Source: Plasmodiophora brassicae
Lineage: Eukaryota
Assembly (NCBI GenBank): GCA_036867785.1
Contig: CP145413.1
Span: 1,054,001-1,118,000 of the forward strand
Direction of reading: 5' to 3'
DNA length: 64,000 bases
This document shows positions 36,051 to 49,661 of the stretch, one piece after another. The notes under the pieces are model-generated. The model saw only the letters and a list, made by a program, of their open reading frames with translations, searched no databases and was not told the DNA's origin. How positions within the stretch are numbered: position 1 is the first letter of the stretch; each line of letters starts with the position of its first letter. The translations under genes were made by a program, and so were the position numbers.

Positions 36051-36426
36051 GATTGCTGAGTCCGCACGGACTCCGCGGCGGACTCCGCGGGCTTCGATGA
36101 TGCTTATACGTTCACCGGGCCGTGACATGGGGACCACTATCGTTCGCTGACGTTGGGTGCGTTCTACACCTCCACCATAGGCGACGGAACATAACATATC
36201 GTCCGCGCCAGACTATGTTATGCCACATGTGACCAACTATTGCTAAAGGCACCCATGTGCATAGACGTTATTGAGAGTGTCTCGATATGCGTGCAGTGCC
36301 AATTCACATATGATGGAATACGCGTTTGTCTGAAATCGCACTGTTGGTGTTGGGTGTCGGTGACGGCGTTCGTCGAACGTGACGAATTTGCGAGTTGGGC
36401 GGCGGCCACGCTGGCAGTCCGTGGCG

Positions 36427-37235
36427 ATGAACCTGTTTGGGAAGCGGCCGGACCCGCAGGATCAGGTCAAGCAATGGATGTCGTCGCTGCGGAAGGAGAT
36501 CCGGACCATCGATGGTGATATCCGAAGTCGGTCGATGCGGCGTGCACACGGGCCGCGCCCCGCTGACCCCGATGATGCGTACGGCAGGAATCGAACGCGA
36601 CCAGATGAAGATGAAGGCGCAGATCCAGATGTCAGTCAAGAAGAACGACGTGAACGGCGCCAAAATCATGGCGAAAGCCCTGGCCAGGTCGAACAAGACC
36701 ATAGAGCGAATGCATATGACCAAATCCAAGATCAATTCCGTCGGTGGCCGGACGCGTTAGGTCTTTCACCGTTCTGATATGTCGGGCGTGCAGGTCGTTC
36801 TACAACTGAAGGAGCAGCAAGCGACATTAAAGGTTGTCGGGGTGATGGCGTCGTCGAACAAGGTCATGGCCAGCATGTCCCAGTTGTTATCTGTGCCGCA
36901 GATAGCGACTGTGTCGAGAAACATGGCAAAGGAGATGGAGAAGGTCCTGTGCATGACTCCATTCGGACCGTTTCGTCCTTCTAAGTTGTTCCCTGCAACA
37001 GGCCGGCCTCATATCGGAGATGATCGACGACCACTTTGAGATGATGGAGGACGAGAACGTGGACGAAGCCGTTGACGAGGAGGTCGACAAAGTATTGTAC
37101 GAAGTCACAGCCGGGAAACTCGGCAAGATGGAAGCCGCCCCGATTCGTCCGGTGGCGCAGCAGGAGGAGGCCGTCGACGAGGAAGAGGAGCAGAAGATCG
37201 AAAGCATGAAGAAGAGATTAGCTGATCTTCAATGA
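36427..37235 (+). CDS. VPS24: ESCRT-III subunit Vps24/CHMP3 (4 exons)
   Basis: MNLFGKRPDPQDQVKQW..LRKEIR...AKIMAKAL...SKINSV...KEMEKAGLISEMIDD...VDEEVDKVLYEVTAGKLG...MKKRLADLQ*. Snf7-family, CHMP3-type signature. Confidence 0.92.
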
Positions 37236-39338
37236 ACAACCCGTTTTCGCCTGCTCCTGCAACGGGATCCCATCTCGACGGGCGTAACGTGGATGGCGTA
37301 GCCCCATTGACACTTCCGCCCGTGATGGCCGTCGAATGTGACGATCCCCAATGGCCCCGGCTGGTCACTCAATGCGACCAGACATTGTGCAGCGACATTG
37401 TCGCGCTGTGCCGATGGCGGTCAGCAATGCTGAGGTTCGTATCGCGTGTAGCTGATACCAGCAAAGCAGTAATGATTCGTGCAAGGACTTACTTCGCGGA
37501 GTGGCGAAGGCGCACCCGTCTCCGACTCTTTGTTGCCTTTCGGCACTGGTGCCGCCTAACGAAGCTGCTCAGGTCGAGGAGGCAGCGCTTTAGACGTCGC
37601 GTCCTGCGTGCATGGAGACGGTCCGCTGTCGTCAGCGTCCGTGTTCGTATCTGCGCTCCCATCTGCGAATCATTTCTACATCAACGGGCCCTGGCGCAAG
37701 GGTACGAACAGTCGTGCAACCTCGATAACCGACGCCCATATCGTCGTCTCCAGACTCAGACGGTGGGTCACATGTACTCTGCGCGCCCAGGTGACCGAAC
37801 GCCATGCGTCTCGAACGAAGAGGAACGCGTTGCGAGCTTGGCGGGCCGTCCTTATCGCACAGGTCCCCCTGGCATCGACCCGCTGCGTATCTTGCATGTT
37901 AACTATTGGGTAGGTGCTGTCCCCTGGAATGCTGCTTCGTCGCCAGTTCCGACGATGGCGGGATGTTGCCGAATTTCGGAGTCAGCACCTGTGGCAATTG
38001 TCGGTTCGTGTCGATAGGCGCCTGCTTTCCAACTCGTGGGCCATGTTTCGGCATGCATTCAAGCACAGCCGGGCCGTTCTTTCCGCCGAGTTCGCATGAC
38101 TGTCATTATCAGTTCCACCGGTGTGTCTTACGTCTGCTTCAGGGCACAGGTTGATGCCCAGCGTGTGCGCACATGCCTTCAGCACGCCTTTGGCCACTGG
38201 GTGTCATCGTTCGAAGCGAGACTTGCAGAACCGTTAAGACGGTTCGTCGTCCAGCGAACCACATTCCGTCAGTGGCTGACGTTTGTCGTCCAACGAGTAC
38301 GTTTTATCTTGGGCGCCACCACCTGTCCGCCCCTGACAAAGCCGATGCGTTTCTAGAAGTCGGAGGCCACCATGGCGTATTTTCTGCGACGATCTCGAGC
38401 ACGATCCGTCAGCAGGAAGGCATTCTGCTGGTGGTGCCAACTGGCAGTCTGCAATCGCCTAGTGAAGCGATCCCGTTCTCGCCGACGATGCGCCTTGTTT
38501 GCCAGGTTACGCCGATAACGTTGTGTTCTTCCGTCGGGTCACATTCGTTGCAGCTGGAGATATACGGTGCTACAACGACGACGCTTATGGCACTTGGAGC
38601 AGCTCTGCCTTCGGAATCACTTGCAGTACCGTCGTCGACCGCTCCTCGAGTATTCCTTCAACCTTGTACGACTCGTACCATATCTATACATGCTGCCGTC
38701 AGGATGTGCTGATGGGGCACACAGTGGAGCATCATGCTACAGCTGAGGTCGCGTCTGCGATTCCGAGTGGCCGAATGTATTCGACAGGGATTCCGGATGT
38801 GGCGCCTGGTGTTCCAACGACACCGGGCCGCTCGCCTGTTCCGTCTGGTCCGCATCGTCGACCTCTGGATCAAAGCCTACTCCTGTACGGGAACCATTCC
38901 GTTGGCCCTTCCGCTCAGTAACCGTTTTCTACAGTAAGGACTCAGGAGCGCGCCAGCGTCGAACTTGCCGACCTGTTTCGTTTACGATGTGTCGGTCGGC
39001 GATCGATCCGCAAATGGCACGCATGTCTCGTCGGGGTAGGCGGCCCTATACGCCCTGATCCAGGTGGTCACTAGACACACTAACTCTGTTGATGATAGAG
39101 CCCTGATTCAGTGCAAGTTGACGCTGCTGATCAGTGCTGGATCCGGCACGCGTGTCGAAGAGCAATTCAGGCGCTGCAGTCGAGTGTGGAGCGGCGTCAA
39201 CGACGCGCATCGTCGTACAGCCGGTGGCGAATTCTTCATCGGCTGTGGGACAAGTGGCGGTACGAGACTGCCAACGCTGTTGTTGCCGAGCCACCCCGGT
39301 ACGATCGCGACGAGTGCCGAGAAACGTGCCGACAGTAG
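37232..39338 (+). CDS. Sfi1-like centrin-binding repeat protein (multi-exon; true start uncertain)
   Basis: Recurrent Arg-rich L...F/LxxW repeats: RLFVAFRHWCR, RRVLRAWRR, RNALRAWRA, LRRQFRRWRD, LQHAFGHWV, RTTFRQWLT, IRQGFRMWRL, RRSIRKWHA, LHRLWDKWR. Confidence 0.7.
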
Positions 39339-39423
39339 CGTTCTACTGGCTGTTCTACTGGCTATTGCTGTCCAAATTCCATATTACAGTACTGTACACA
39401 CGACAGTATAAATCCGGTCCCAC

Positions 39424-40288
39424 CTATGAATGCAATGTATTCGATACGGACGTTTGCATCAGGGTGATGTAGGTCGACACGATCAGGAAAAGGATCGTCT
39501 GCCCGATAAGCACGTGTCAATAAGGACCTGGGCATAGGCGCGGGACAGCATTTTACACTTTCGAATCTTGTTTGTGCTAGTTCTTCAGCGAACATGAGGA
39601 CAAGAAGGTGAGCGCTACTTGCAGCAACGAGAAGGGACGCCGAGCAGTGAGTCCAGAAGGACAGCATCAGTGACAATGAAAGGAGAATCAATCCTGTCAG
39701 CGCATGGACCAGCACCGCTGCACGACATCTGCAACCAGCGATTCAGCAGTATGCTACCAGCTGGGCAAACGTGCCGGGCAACCTGACAACATCCTTAGAC
39801 AGCTCCAGCGGGCGGACCGTGAACTCCACAACGACCGCTATGGTTAGCATGGCACCGACGAGGATGACCACCTCCAGTCGCAAGTGGAATATACCCTGTT
39901 AGCGAAGGTGAACAGCAGACCGTGCTGCGGTTGCAATGCACGTACGTAATACATGCCCCAGTAACGGGCCATATGAAACGCGCTCGGCAGAATCAGAATC
40001 ATGCAGACGGTTGACAGGACGCCCGCCAGTCTTTGAACGGCCTGTCGACCGCCGCCTGCGCATTCACGTCAGGTCTGCCGTGCTGACGAAGAACACGTGC
40101 GGCTGACATGACTCGGGGCCGAGCGCGTCGACCAATGCGACGAACGCGTGGCCAGCAGCGGCGCCGGCGAGCGCGCGCACACACAACCGCGGGGCACCCG
40201 CCGACGCCGTCGCCCCGATGTCGTACGCGACGACGGCGAAGGCCGCCGCTGACAGCACCGAGCGCGCATCCGGCAGCGCCCTGCCCAT
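39424..40288 (-). CDS. Hypothetical multi-pass membrane protein (multi-exon, boundaries approximate)
   Basis: Successive hydrophobic exons: VLSAAAFAVVAY, LAGVLSTVCMILILPSAF, LEVVILVGAMLTIAVVVEF, LTGLILLSLSLMLSFW, VLIGQTILFLIVSTYITLM. Confidence 0.5.
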
Positions 40289-40850
40289 GACGCCGTCGAC
40301 TATAAACTGAGCGCCTCCCCCGTCGCCTTGACGCGCACGGCCCCGTTTTCCGCGGCACAGCCACACTCGACAGCAAGGCCAGGGGCGGCGGGTCCCACAC
40401 TCGTTGTCGTAACGCCTGACGTCGTCGCGGCAGTCACATGCGGTTCCGGCGATGCCAAACAGAAGCGTTCTGATCCATCGACGCGACACCCTGGATCAGC
40501 CGCAGCAGTGTTGCTAACGTTCCCAAGCACCCGTATAGTGGTTTTCGGTATATTCCGCGTGACTCCTTTGACGTGGTGGTCGAAACCTTCTCGATGGGAC
40601 GAGTCCAGTTGCTTGCGCTCGTGCTCTACATGCGGTGTGGTGTCGCGCGCAGGGGCGATACCGCGGATTCCGTGGCGGACACCGGATCTGGCCGTCGCGG
40701 GCTGCATCCACGACAGGCACGCGCTGCACCAGCGTCACGACTACGACTGGCGCCCCTCTCCGTGGCGACATGCTGCGTGCGGGTGCCGGCGAACCTGGTT
40801 GCCCGACCAATAAGGAGCTGCACCGACACGTCCGCGGGGCACTGCCCACG

Positions 40851-43800
40851 ATGTCCGCTGCAGAGCAAGTCGAGGAACTGCAGCGGCTGGTGCGCGACGA
40901 CGATGGGTCGTCGGACCGGGCGCTCATCGTCTGCCGCGCCGTGTCGGACGCGAACATGCCGGGTACCCGCCTGGATTCGTCACTATGCGACGCCTACTCC
41001 GCGCTGATTGCCGCGTCGACGACGACGGCCCGACTCACCCTGGCCACGGCCGACGCTCTACGCTTCGTGATTTCGCGGCCAGACGACCGTCGCGAGTTCG
41101 GTGCCATATCGACTGCCGCGGCGGCCGTTGTCTCCTGTCAGTTGGCCCATCGTGTGCCCAGGATGAATGCGGCCGCCATCGTTTACCTGTGCAACGACTC
41201 CTCTGTCAGCACGGCCTACCCATTCGTTGACGTTCCTGGCGTCGAAAGCCAGGGAGACGAATTCGTTCACCTGGTCCTGATTCGAGCCGTCATCACGTAC
41301 GGGACAAGCGATTCCACGTTCCTGTCGGCAACGTTTCCGCATCTGGTCAACGTGTACGCCACCTCACCATCATGTTCTTCGCTGCGAAGAACCGCCATTG
41401 TCACGTTAGCAGACTGGGCGCAACGATCAGTGGACAACGGCGATGATGTCATCGCCAGCCTGAATCGCCTGCTCGATGTCGTCATCGAATGCAATGACGG
41501 TGATGTCTGTTCGGCGTATCGTCGCCTCTTGGACATCATCTTCCACTTCGATCATCGTCACCGTCCTGAAGATGCCGCACGGCTCCGTCGCGTGATTCAA
41601 CAAGGCACCAAGGCGCATTGGCTGATCGCGTCTCGTCTGGTTTACGGATTGGGCGCCAAGACCGCTGTGGCCTCGTGCCCGGCGCTGATTGGCCGCCTCC
41701 TGCAATGCGCTGGAGACCCTCACGTCTGGAGCGAAGCGAAGCTCGTATTCGAACGCGTCACCGTGGACACGTTCGCGGTCGTGCCTCAGGAACAGTGGCT
41801 GGCTCCCATGCTGTCCATTCTGACTGATAGCACCGGGTCCTTGCCGTCAAGGATTGCGAAGGACAACCTGCATGCGTTTGCATTGCCGGTCCTCGTCCGA
41901 GTAGCGCCTCGCGAGTGCTGGGCGGCGGTCTTCGGTGCTCTTCGCGATTCGGATACCCAGGCGGCTGTAGACTCTTGCTTTGCGGTTGCCGGCACTTTAC
42001 GACGCTGTGGCGTTCGTCTTGGAAACATTGGCCTGGCCGATGAAGAAGTCATCAAGGCGCTCTCGAGCGGTACCGAGCAGACTCGCCTGACGGTTCTTGC
42101 ATTCGTCTGTCTTTGTAGGTGCCTGTCTTCTGTTCTTAAGTCTGGTCTTCGTGTCTGATCATACTTCATCAGCTCCACAGATAGCGGAGTTGCCATCGAC
42201 TAGGGAATGCGACCTGGTACAGGCGTGCCTGCATGCGTTACGGTCACCTACGTTGTCCTCCGTTCGGAACCGGGTCGCCTTTCTCATGAAGGCGTTTCTA
42301 GCGCGAATCAAAAATGGCACGTGGCGTTCACGCAAGGAGCGCCGCCTGCACCCCGCCTCGCCATTCGATTCCGACGACAGTGACGACGACTGCGTTGTCG
42401 CCGAACACTTCAGGTCTGTTGACGCATGTAACGTTTAATGGCTTCGATAACGATTGTATTCTAGGTTCGTTCGTTGGCTCCTCAAGTCGTCGGCAGAGAA
42501 TTTGTACCGTGGAGCGTCGCTCGACCGGTTACTGATGAATCTTCAGCTGATTCAGATCGTGACGGACACGTTTAACGGATCCTGGCGCGACACTTTCGTT
42601 GGAACTCGCGTGCTGTCCACCTTATCGTCATTTATCACCCCAGTGCGGTCATTAGCATCATCAATCCTGCTGCGAGTCGCGTCGGCATCACCCATTCCCG
42701 GCCTGGAACGCCCAAGCGACTTGCGTCCTGTCATTACATCGGTTCTGGCGCGTTTGACTTCTGCGATTCCCAGCGAAGCAACGGCCGCTGCTCAGACACT
42801 GCATGTCCTGTTCACCGTCTATGTTCAGCGGCTGCGTTGGACGATACTGGTAACGGCCGCCCAGATCGCTGTTGAACGAACCGAGGACAACATTGACGAG
42901 TTCATCGGCAATCTGGCCGACATGGTATCCAGGCAAACACGCTTGGCGATGTGCACGCCCCTGGCCGATCGATATCGCATCGAAAACGAACGCTCGTATG
43001 GGGCGCTTTGTGCCCTCACCTTCGTGGTCGAGTCGCTGCCGCGTTTGTCAGAGGACTGCGCCTCAGTGGTGGCCGACGTTGCAAGAACGTGTCTTGACGT
43101 GGCACTTGAAGCGCACATCAGTGAATCTGTCGCTGTCGACTGTCGCGGACACGTCATTCTGGACGAGGACGACGCCGACAGCGGTGATGACGAGTCGCGC
43201 ATCGTTGTCGTGCAAAGCTGGCAGATCATCAAGCAGTCCTGCTCGCTGCTTGTGGCGATCACGACCGTGACGCATAACCCTTCTTTGATCAACGACATCG
43301 GTCTACTTATTCTCAAGATTCTACGTGGAGCCAAACACCAGGGCATCATCACGCGCGCGTTCCAATCGTTGGAGGCTCTGTGCGCTCATGTTCTGGCTCT
43401 GGATCAAGGTGCCGGGTTTGTTAATGCCTGGCTCGACACGTTACTTGATGTCCTTCAGTCTGGCGAGACCTCGCGCCTGGCCTGGATTCGACGAAGCGCT
43501 GGTGTCCCGTTCTGTTACCGGGCCATCCTTCGCGCCGAAATCCGAAAGTCGCCCCATTGCCGTACAATGTCTCGTCGTGTCATGTCGACGATCATGAGCA
43601 TCATCAGGACCTCCCCGGAATGGGAGGCTCGCGTTCTCGCCCTGAATGTGCTCCGTGCTGTGCTGGGCGACGGCGTGCTATCGGTACACCTAGTATCGTA
43701 CATCCCCGATGCGATGCGGTTCGCCCTATCTGGGTTCACCTCAACGCACTGGGCCATTCGTAACGCATCGCTCATGCTGTTCACGACCATCGCCCGCAAC

Positions 43801-45582
43801 CAGGACCTGGGCCCCGTTCGCGCCCAGATTCGTATTGTGCTGCTCGACGAACTCGCCCAGCTGTCACCGGACACGTCTCACCCAGGCCTGTATCCCGTCC
43901 TGCTAATGGGTACGCTTGTGTTTCCCCCACGTCGAACAATCTCCTGACTGGAGTGTATCTAGTGTCTCGGATGTCGCGATCGCCAGCAATGACGCCGTTC
44001 GTACCTCTTGTGGAGCAATGCAGCCGGCACCATATCTTGATGCTCAGACACATGGCAGCTCGGGCCATGCTGCCATGCTGCATGGACCCAATGCAGCGCC
44101 TGGTCGCGTTACTACGCGACCACTTGCCTCCTAAGCACAGACTGTCGTCTATCTCGTCCAACGCGCTGCATGGCCTTGTTCTACAAATGATTGCTCTATC
44201 TGGCGACCTTGATGATGGTCAGCGACCGCCTGCTGACTTGGTCCAGTCTCGGCTCTATTTGACGGGGTCAGCGATGACCTGCCCCACTGTTCGTCGCGAA
44301 GCGATGTCGGCGTTCTGGCTTCTTGTGGACACGTCCTCTTTGAATGCCCTGGTGTCAACGTTGTTGCGATCAGCAGTTGACGCGAGCGAGCGCCCTCCAA
44401 ATGGGATTGGGGCTCGGCGGCTATTGGGTCGCGCTGCCAAGCTCATCATCCACTGTCTAAGATTCGTGTCGGATAAGGACGAGCGACGTGCCTTGGTTGC
44501 AGCGTGTTCACCAGCAGTGCTGGTAGACTCGATCCCGGACGACGTTGATGCCAACGTTCTTCACGACATTCTTCAGTGCTGCCTAGAGCGTGGGATGTCG
44601 TTCGTTGAATGTTTGCCCATTATCGATCGTTCGGGAGCTCGATTAACCGAGGACCAGTGTCTGGCTGTTCGTTCTGTAGCTGAACGGGATCCAATTGCTT
44701 TGCGTCTCGTTGGCAGGTGCCCAACGTCTGCCTTGGCCGATGTCCTCCCTGTCGTGTCCCAGGCCGCTGCCCCGTGCAAATCTGTCGACATGCGTTTGGC
44801 CGCTTGCGTCGCTCTTCTTCGTCTTCGACAGGACCGCGTTGAGATCGACGACACCAGTGCGTCTGTCTTCTGGACGACCGCGTTGCGCCTCCTCCAGTAG
44901 GATCTAATCGTTTGGTGGTGTGTCTAACTACGGCCTCCTGACAGGAACTTGATAGGGACGAAAGTGGAACGGTTCGAGATGCCGCCGAAGCCCTCGTACC
45001 TGTTATCGACACAAATGCGCGGGTGCATACGACTCTCGAGCGTCTGTTCTTGTACCTGATGCGGGACCTGTCGCATTGTACGCCCCTGCACGTCGCGCTC
45101 TGGGAGATGCTGATGACGCTGGCCAACGTCAGCGACGGCGTCTCCGCGAACGTCGTCTACGTTCCCGACAGGGACAACGATTTCATGGAACCAGTCCTGC
45201 TCGCTCAGCTTCTTGCCTCGCTCATCCATGCCGTCGTTTCGGTACGGTTGACCCTGTCCAACTGACAGTATTTGCCAAGTTGCTAATTGCTTTGTAGATG
45301 GGCACGCCTCTAGCGGGTTCCTGGAGGAGCGAGGCCGAAAAGGCAATTGTCGACGTCGTGTCCCACGTTTCCAACGAGAACACGAGTTCGGCGTCGTCCA
45401 ACCGGTTCCATGCTTTGTATATAGCGGGTCTAGCTGTGCTAGCCGCTGGTGGCCGTGTCCCTGATGCATGCAGGGACATGTATCAAGTGGACCCGGACCT
45501 AGCACCGCTCCTGGATAGTCCGGCAGACGTGACCCAGCATCTGTTCCTGCTGAACCCATTGTCCCAGTGTTACCCCAATTGA
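40851..45582 (+). CDS. THADA: THADA/Trm732 (DUF2428, ARM-repeat) tRNA methylation cofactor
   Basis: Motifs present: VDCRGH, IVVVQSWQIIKQSCSLL, AKHQGIITRA, WIRRSAGVPF, VLALNVLRAV, GFTSTHWAIRNASLMLF, LYPVLL. This is the DUF2428 region within a long helical protein. Confidence 0.9.
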
Positions 45583-45693
45583 TTATTACACGCCGAGCGC
45601 GGATCAACTGGCCAGTACAGTATCGAAGTCCTCCACAGACCGATGTGATAGTGCGTTCCACTAGACTGCATTTAGACACCGATACGGCGGCAC

Positions 45694-47672
45694 TCAGTAC
45701 CCCTGGGTCAGGTCCTCACTTGGCGAAATGACGTCGTCGATCTTGAGAATCATCTTGACGACCTGGGTGGCCAGCTGGATCTGCTGCTGCTTGCCGATCA
45801 GGGATTCGAAAACACCCTGCTCCTTCATGTTCATTGTGGACGCCCGAACGCAGTCGACGCCGATGAAGTGGTTGCCGGTCGCGACCTGGGCCGCTTTCGC
45901 TTCAGCAACAGAATCAATCGGGGACAGCCCACTGTTCTCGGCCAACGCCATCGGCGTGTTCTCGAGCGCATCGGCGAACGCCCGAACGGCGTACGCCTCG
46001 ACACCTTCCTGGCGTTCGGCTTGGTCGGTAATGTGGAGAGCGCACGAAATCTCGCACGACCCGCCACCGTAGACAATCTTGTTGTTCTTGATGAGGTTGC
46101 GGGTGACGCACATGGCATCGTGAAGCGACCGCTTCGCCTCGTCGACGATCATCTGATTGCCACCGCGAACGAGAACGGTGACAGCATGCGAGTTCGGGCA
46201 GCCTTCGATGAGCAGCATGTGGTCACGTTGCGTACCGAACGACACCTCGCGAACTGTCTTGGCCGTCCCCAGTTTCTCGGGAGACAGTTCCTCGAAACGC
46301 GGGATGATCCTTCCGTTCGTCGCAATGGCGAGCAGTTCCAGTTCGACACCGCCGACCCATCGGACGGCAGGCATGTCATACTGAAGCAGAAGATGATTCG
46401 CCTCGTCGTCGAAGCCCCACTGGCACATGACAATGGAGGCGCCGCTCGCCTTGCATTTCTCAACCATGTCGACGAAGTACTTCTGCTCGAGCTCGAACAG
46501 CTTGTTGTAATCCTCGACGCTCTTGATGTCCAGTTTGTGGCCTGCACAGCCGATCAGACCGGGTACACTAAGCACATCCGCAGAGAAGCGCACCAGTTTT
46601 CGGCTTCGGAGGCTCGAACGGGCAGGTTAGCAACGCGATCTTGACATCGCTGAGGTGCTTCGGCATTTGCGGGTGCGACATGTCCTGGTCAAGTATGACA
46701 TAAACAGAACGGCCAACGTAAGGAAATCTGGGAGCCAACCTTGTCAAGGACAATGCCCTCGACCAGCATCGTGTCTTCCAGCTTGCCGCCGACTTTGCCC
46801 TCGACCTTGATCAGGTCGAAGTTGACGTCGCGACGCTCGAGATCGGCGACGGACAGGACGGCACGAACGGCAATCTCAGCCATCTTGCGCTGATACCGGT
46901 TAATGATCTTGGAACCAAGCCTATCGTGTTCCAAATCAGATCACGAACGGTACGAGGACGCCGAGACGCAACGGCACTACGTTGTCGATGCGGTCTGCAC
47001 CAGAGGCTCGATGTTGTCCGCGTCGAACTCGATCGTGTCGCAGATCGTCTCCAGGTGGCGCACCGCCAGGCGGGCGGCAATCTCAAACCCTTTCGCAATG
47101 CGGATCGGGTGCACGCCCTTGTCGAGCAGCTTCTCAGCTTGTTGCAGCAGCGCGCCTGGCATTGCAATCGCCCATAATAAGCAACGGACGTCATTACATT
47201 CCAAGCGAACGCGGTGTTACCGGCAAGCACGACGACGCCGGTCGTGCCGTCCCCGATCTCGTCATCTTGCGACTTGCTGAGGTCGACAAGCAGTTTCGCG
47301 ATCTGATGTTGGACCTTGAATCGTGGGAAATAAGCGGCGTGAATGTTGGAATACGGGTGGTTGTAATGACATACCTCCATCTTGTCCAGGATCGTGGCGC
47401 CGTCGTTCGTGACAGTGACATCACCGTCAGGCGAGACGAGCATCTTGTCCATCCCCTTCGGGCCCAGCGACGTCCTCATAATATTCGTGACGGCCCGCGC
47501 CGCCAGGATATTCGCCTTGTGCGCCTCCAGGCCATGCTTCCGCTGCGTGCGCTGCTGCTCGCGCAGGATCTATCGCAACGGTCGGTTCCACGCCTGCGCA
47601 CCCACCCCGACGGAATGCCAGCGCACGTACGATGAACGGGCGCCCGTACTCGTCATACGCCATCTGTGCCAT
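45694..47672 (-). CDS. CCT5: T-complex protein 1 subunit epsilon
   Basis: Motifs present: [25 protein letters not shown]...[51 protein letters not shown]...[24 protein letters not shown]. Confidence 0.98.
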
Positions 47673-47947
47673 CTCGCCGCCGGCGCCGCCCTTCATCTCG
47701 TCCGCCTCTCCGTTCGCCGCGCGTCCACTCGCGTCTCTCCAGGAACACCGTGAGCGGACTTAGCTGCTCTCCGCCACCGTCTCGTCGCCGTCGCGCGCTA
47801 TTCTGGGAATCAATCCCCTACGACGTACTGTACGTCAACGTTGATGTCTGGCCGTGCGGCTTCCCCCATCCCGCCATCCATCCGCATCAGAACGCTGATG
47901 TACCGCCGCGGAGAAAACCGCTGGAGAATGTGTTGCGGCGCCCGCAA

Positions 47948-48782
47948 ATGGTTGACCCGAAATGCAAACTTCGGCCCAGGTTAGTGCAACGGGGGGCGGA
48001 TTTCGTTGCACGGACGGCGGATCACGCCAAACAGGCGTGGAGCGGGGGGCGCATGCGACCGGGGTTGGAAGGTCGGGCGATATTTCGGGTATGGCGCAAG
48101 GTGGAGCTGAAGACGGCGTGCGATCTGGCCAAGATGGAGGTCGAGGCGGTCGTCAACGCGGCCAACCGCAGCCTGCGCCGCAGTCGTGGCCTGTGCGAGG
48201 CGATCTTCCAGGGGGCCGGCGTGTCCGATATGGAGAAGGCGCTGAAACCGCTGGCGCCTTGTCCTTTGGGCGGCGTCAGGCTTACTCCCGGTTGTATGGT
48301 GGTCTGACTGATCGTGCGTCCGTTTGACATCATGGGACATGCAGGGTTCAAACTGCCTGCCAAGTACGTCATTCATGCTGTCGCACCGACTAACGGCGGG
48401 GAACCCTCCGAGCATGAGACGAAAGCGCTCCTCAATTGCTACTGGAACACCCTTGAGCTCTGCAAAGAGGAAGGCATCAAGCAGGTGGCGTTTCCGTGCT
48501 TGGGGACGGGGATCGTGGGGTTCCCGCACCGCCAGGTTTGCTGAATACCGCTCCACGTCCCGATGGGCAGTTGACATGGTTCCGAAGGCGACATCCATCG
48601 CGCTCATGACGGTTCGCGACTGGATGTACACGGACAACAACGAAACCTTTATGGACAAGGTCATCTTCACGGCGATCCGACGGACGGATATCGCATTGTA
48701 CTGTGTGGATTTCGCGGCCAGTGGAACGATCTGATAAGGGTGCAGGTACCAAGAGCTTCTACCCCTCTTCTTCAGGAATTAG
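47948..48782 (+). CDS. Macrodomain (MacroD-like) protein, 4 exons
   Basis: CDLAKMEVEAVVNAANRSL...GLCEAIFQGAG...LTPGFKLPAKYVIHAVAP...LLNCYWNTL...VAFPCLGTGIVGFP...KVIF...YQELLPLFFRN*. Confidence 0.9.
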
Positions 48783-48842
48783 CTCGTCGGGTGCAATCAA
48801 CAATGGGGTGTATTGTCGAGCTCGTATGCCGTGCTGATGGTA

Positions 48843-49490
48843 TTACCGGCCGTACTTCAGAAACTCCCATGGACGATTGTCTGAGTACTACATGAGCTAT
48901 GCACGGTACAAACAGAGACCGATCAGGGGCTACCTAGTGGGCAGACTTCGCGGGTCTTCAGCCATCGAGATATGCCTTCGCGTTCCTGGTCAGTATACCC
49001 GTCGCAGTAGTGAGCAAGACACGGATAGTTACAGTGGAAATGGAACGTGTGGTTGCAGGTGCCCCAGGCAACTGTACAATCCTCGGTGACATTCGTGGCC
49101 TGATTGGCCTGCACGATGTCACAGAGTGAGGAACCCCCATGTAGAAACCGTCCGCCCGATATTCACCTGGCACTCGATGCACAGATCCATAACCTAGCAG
49201 ACCACCGGTCATCAGCAATGTCGACACCGCAATGCTAGCGTAGCGCTCATACGTGATTGCGACAGATGGCACAGTTGTCGACAGCAATATCTATACAGAG
49301 CTCATCAACACACCAGACGCCGGGTTGGGCGACGCAGGATCTCACCCCAGGACCACATCGCGACCGCATTCCAGCTTCGAATCTCGAACTTATCACCAGA
49401 CGCGGTGGCGGGGCCGGCAGATCCCTCGGCGCGCCCTGGCCCTGGCTCCGACAGGTCCATGGCGACCGGCCCCTGGTCAGTGTCGCCCAT
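48843..49490 (-). CDS. RBX1: RING-box protein 1 (SCF/cullin E3 subunit), multi-exon
   Basis: [40 protein letters not shown]...[41 protein letters not shown]. Confidence 0.97.
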
Positions 49491-49661
49491 CGCCGCCGAC
49501 TGTTCCAACTGCCACGGCGTTTTTGGCCCCGTGTGTTGATGCACAGAATAATTTTGGCGGGGTCAAGGCCTCGAGCGTCACTCACGACACAGAGCACTTA
49601 CGGGGTTTGGGACGTTCGCATCTCGTTCGCGGGTATCGTCGCCGAGCCCCTGACGTGCACG

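Noticed and set aside
36068-39363. Short 12-bp duplications (ggactccgcgg at ~36068; gttctactggct at ~39340)
   Set aside because: Two-copy slippage duplications with no spacers or associated genes. They are not CRISPR arrays or transposon ends.
40300-40770. Possible additional small minus-strand gene between the membrane-protein gene and THADA
   Set aside because: Intron-like signals exist, but I could not derive a consistent frame or a recognisable product.
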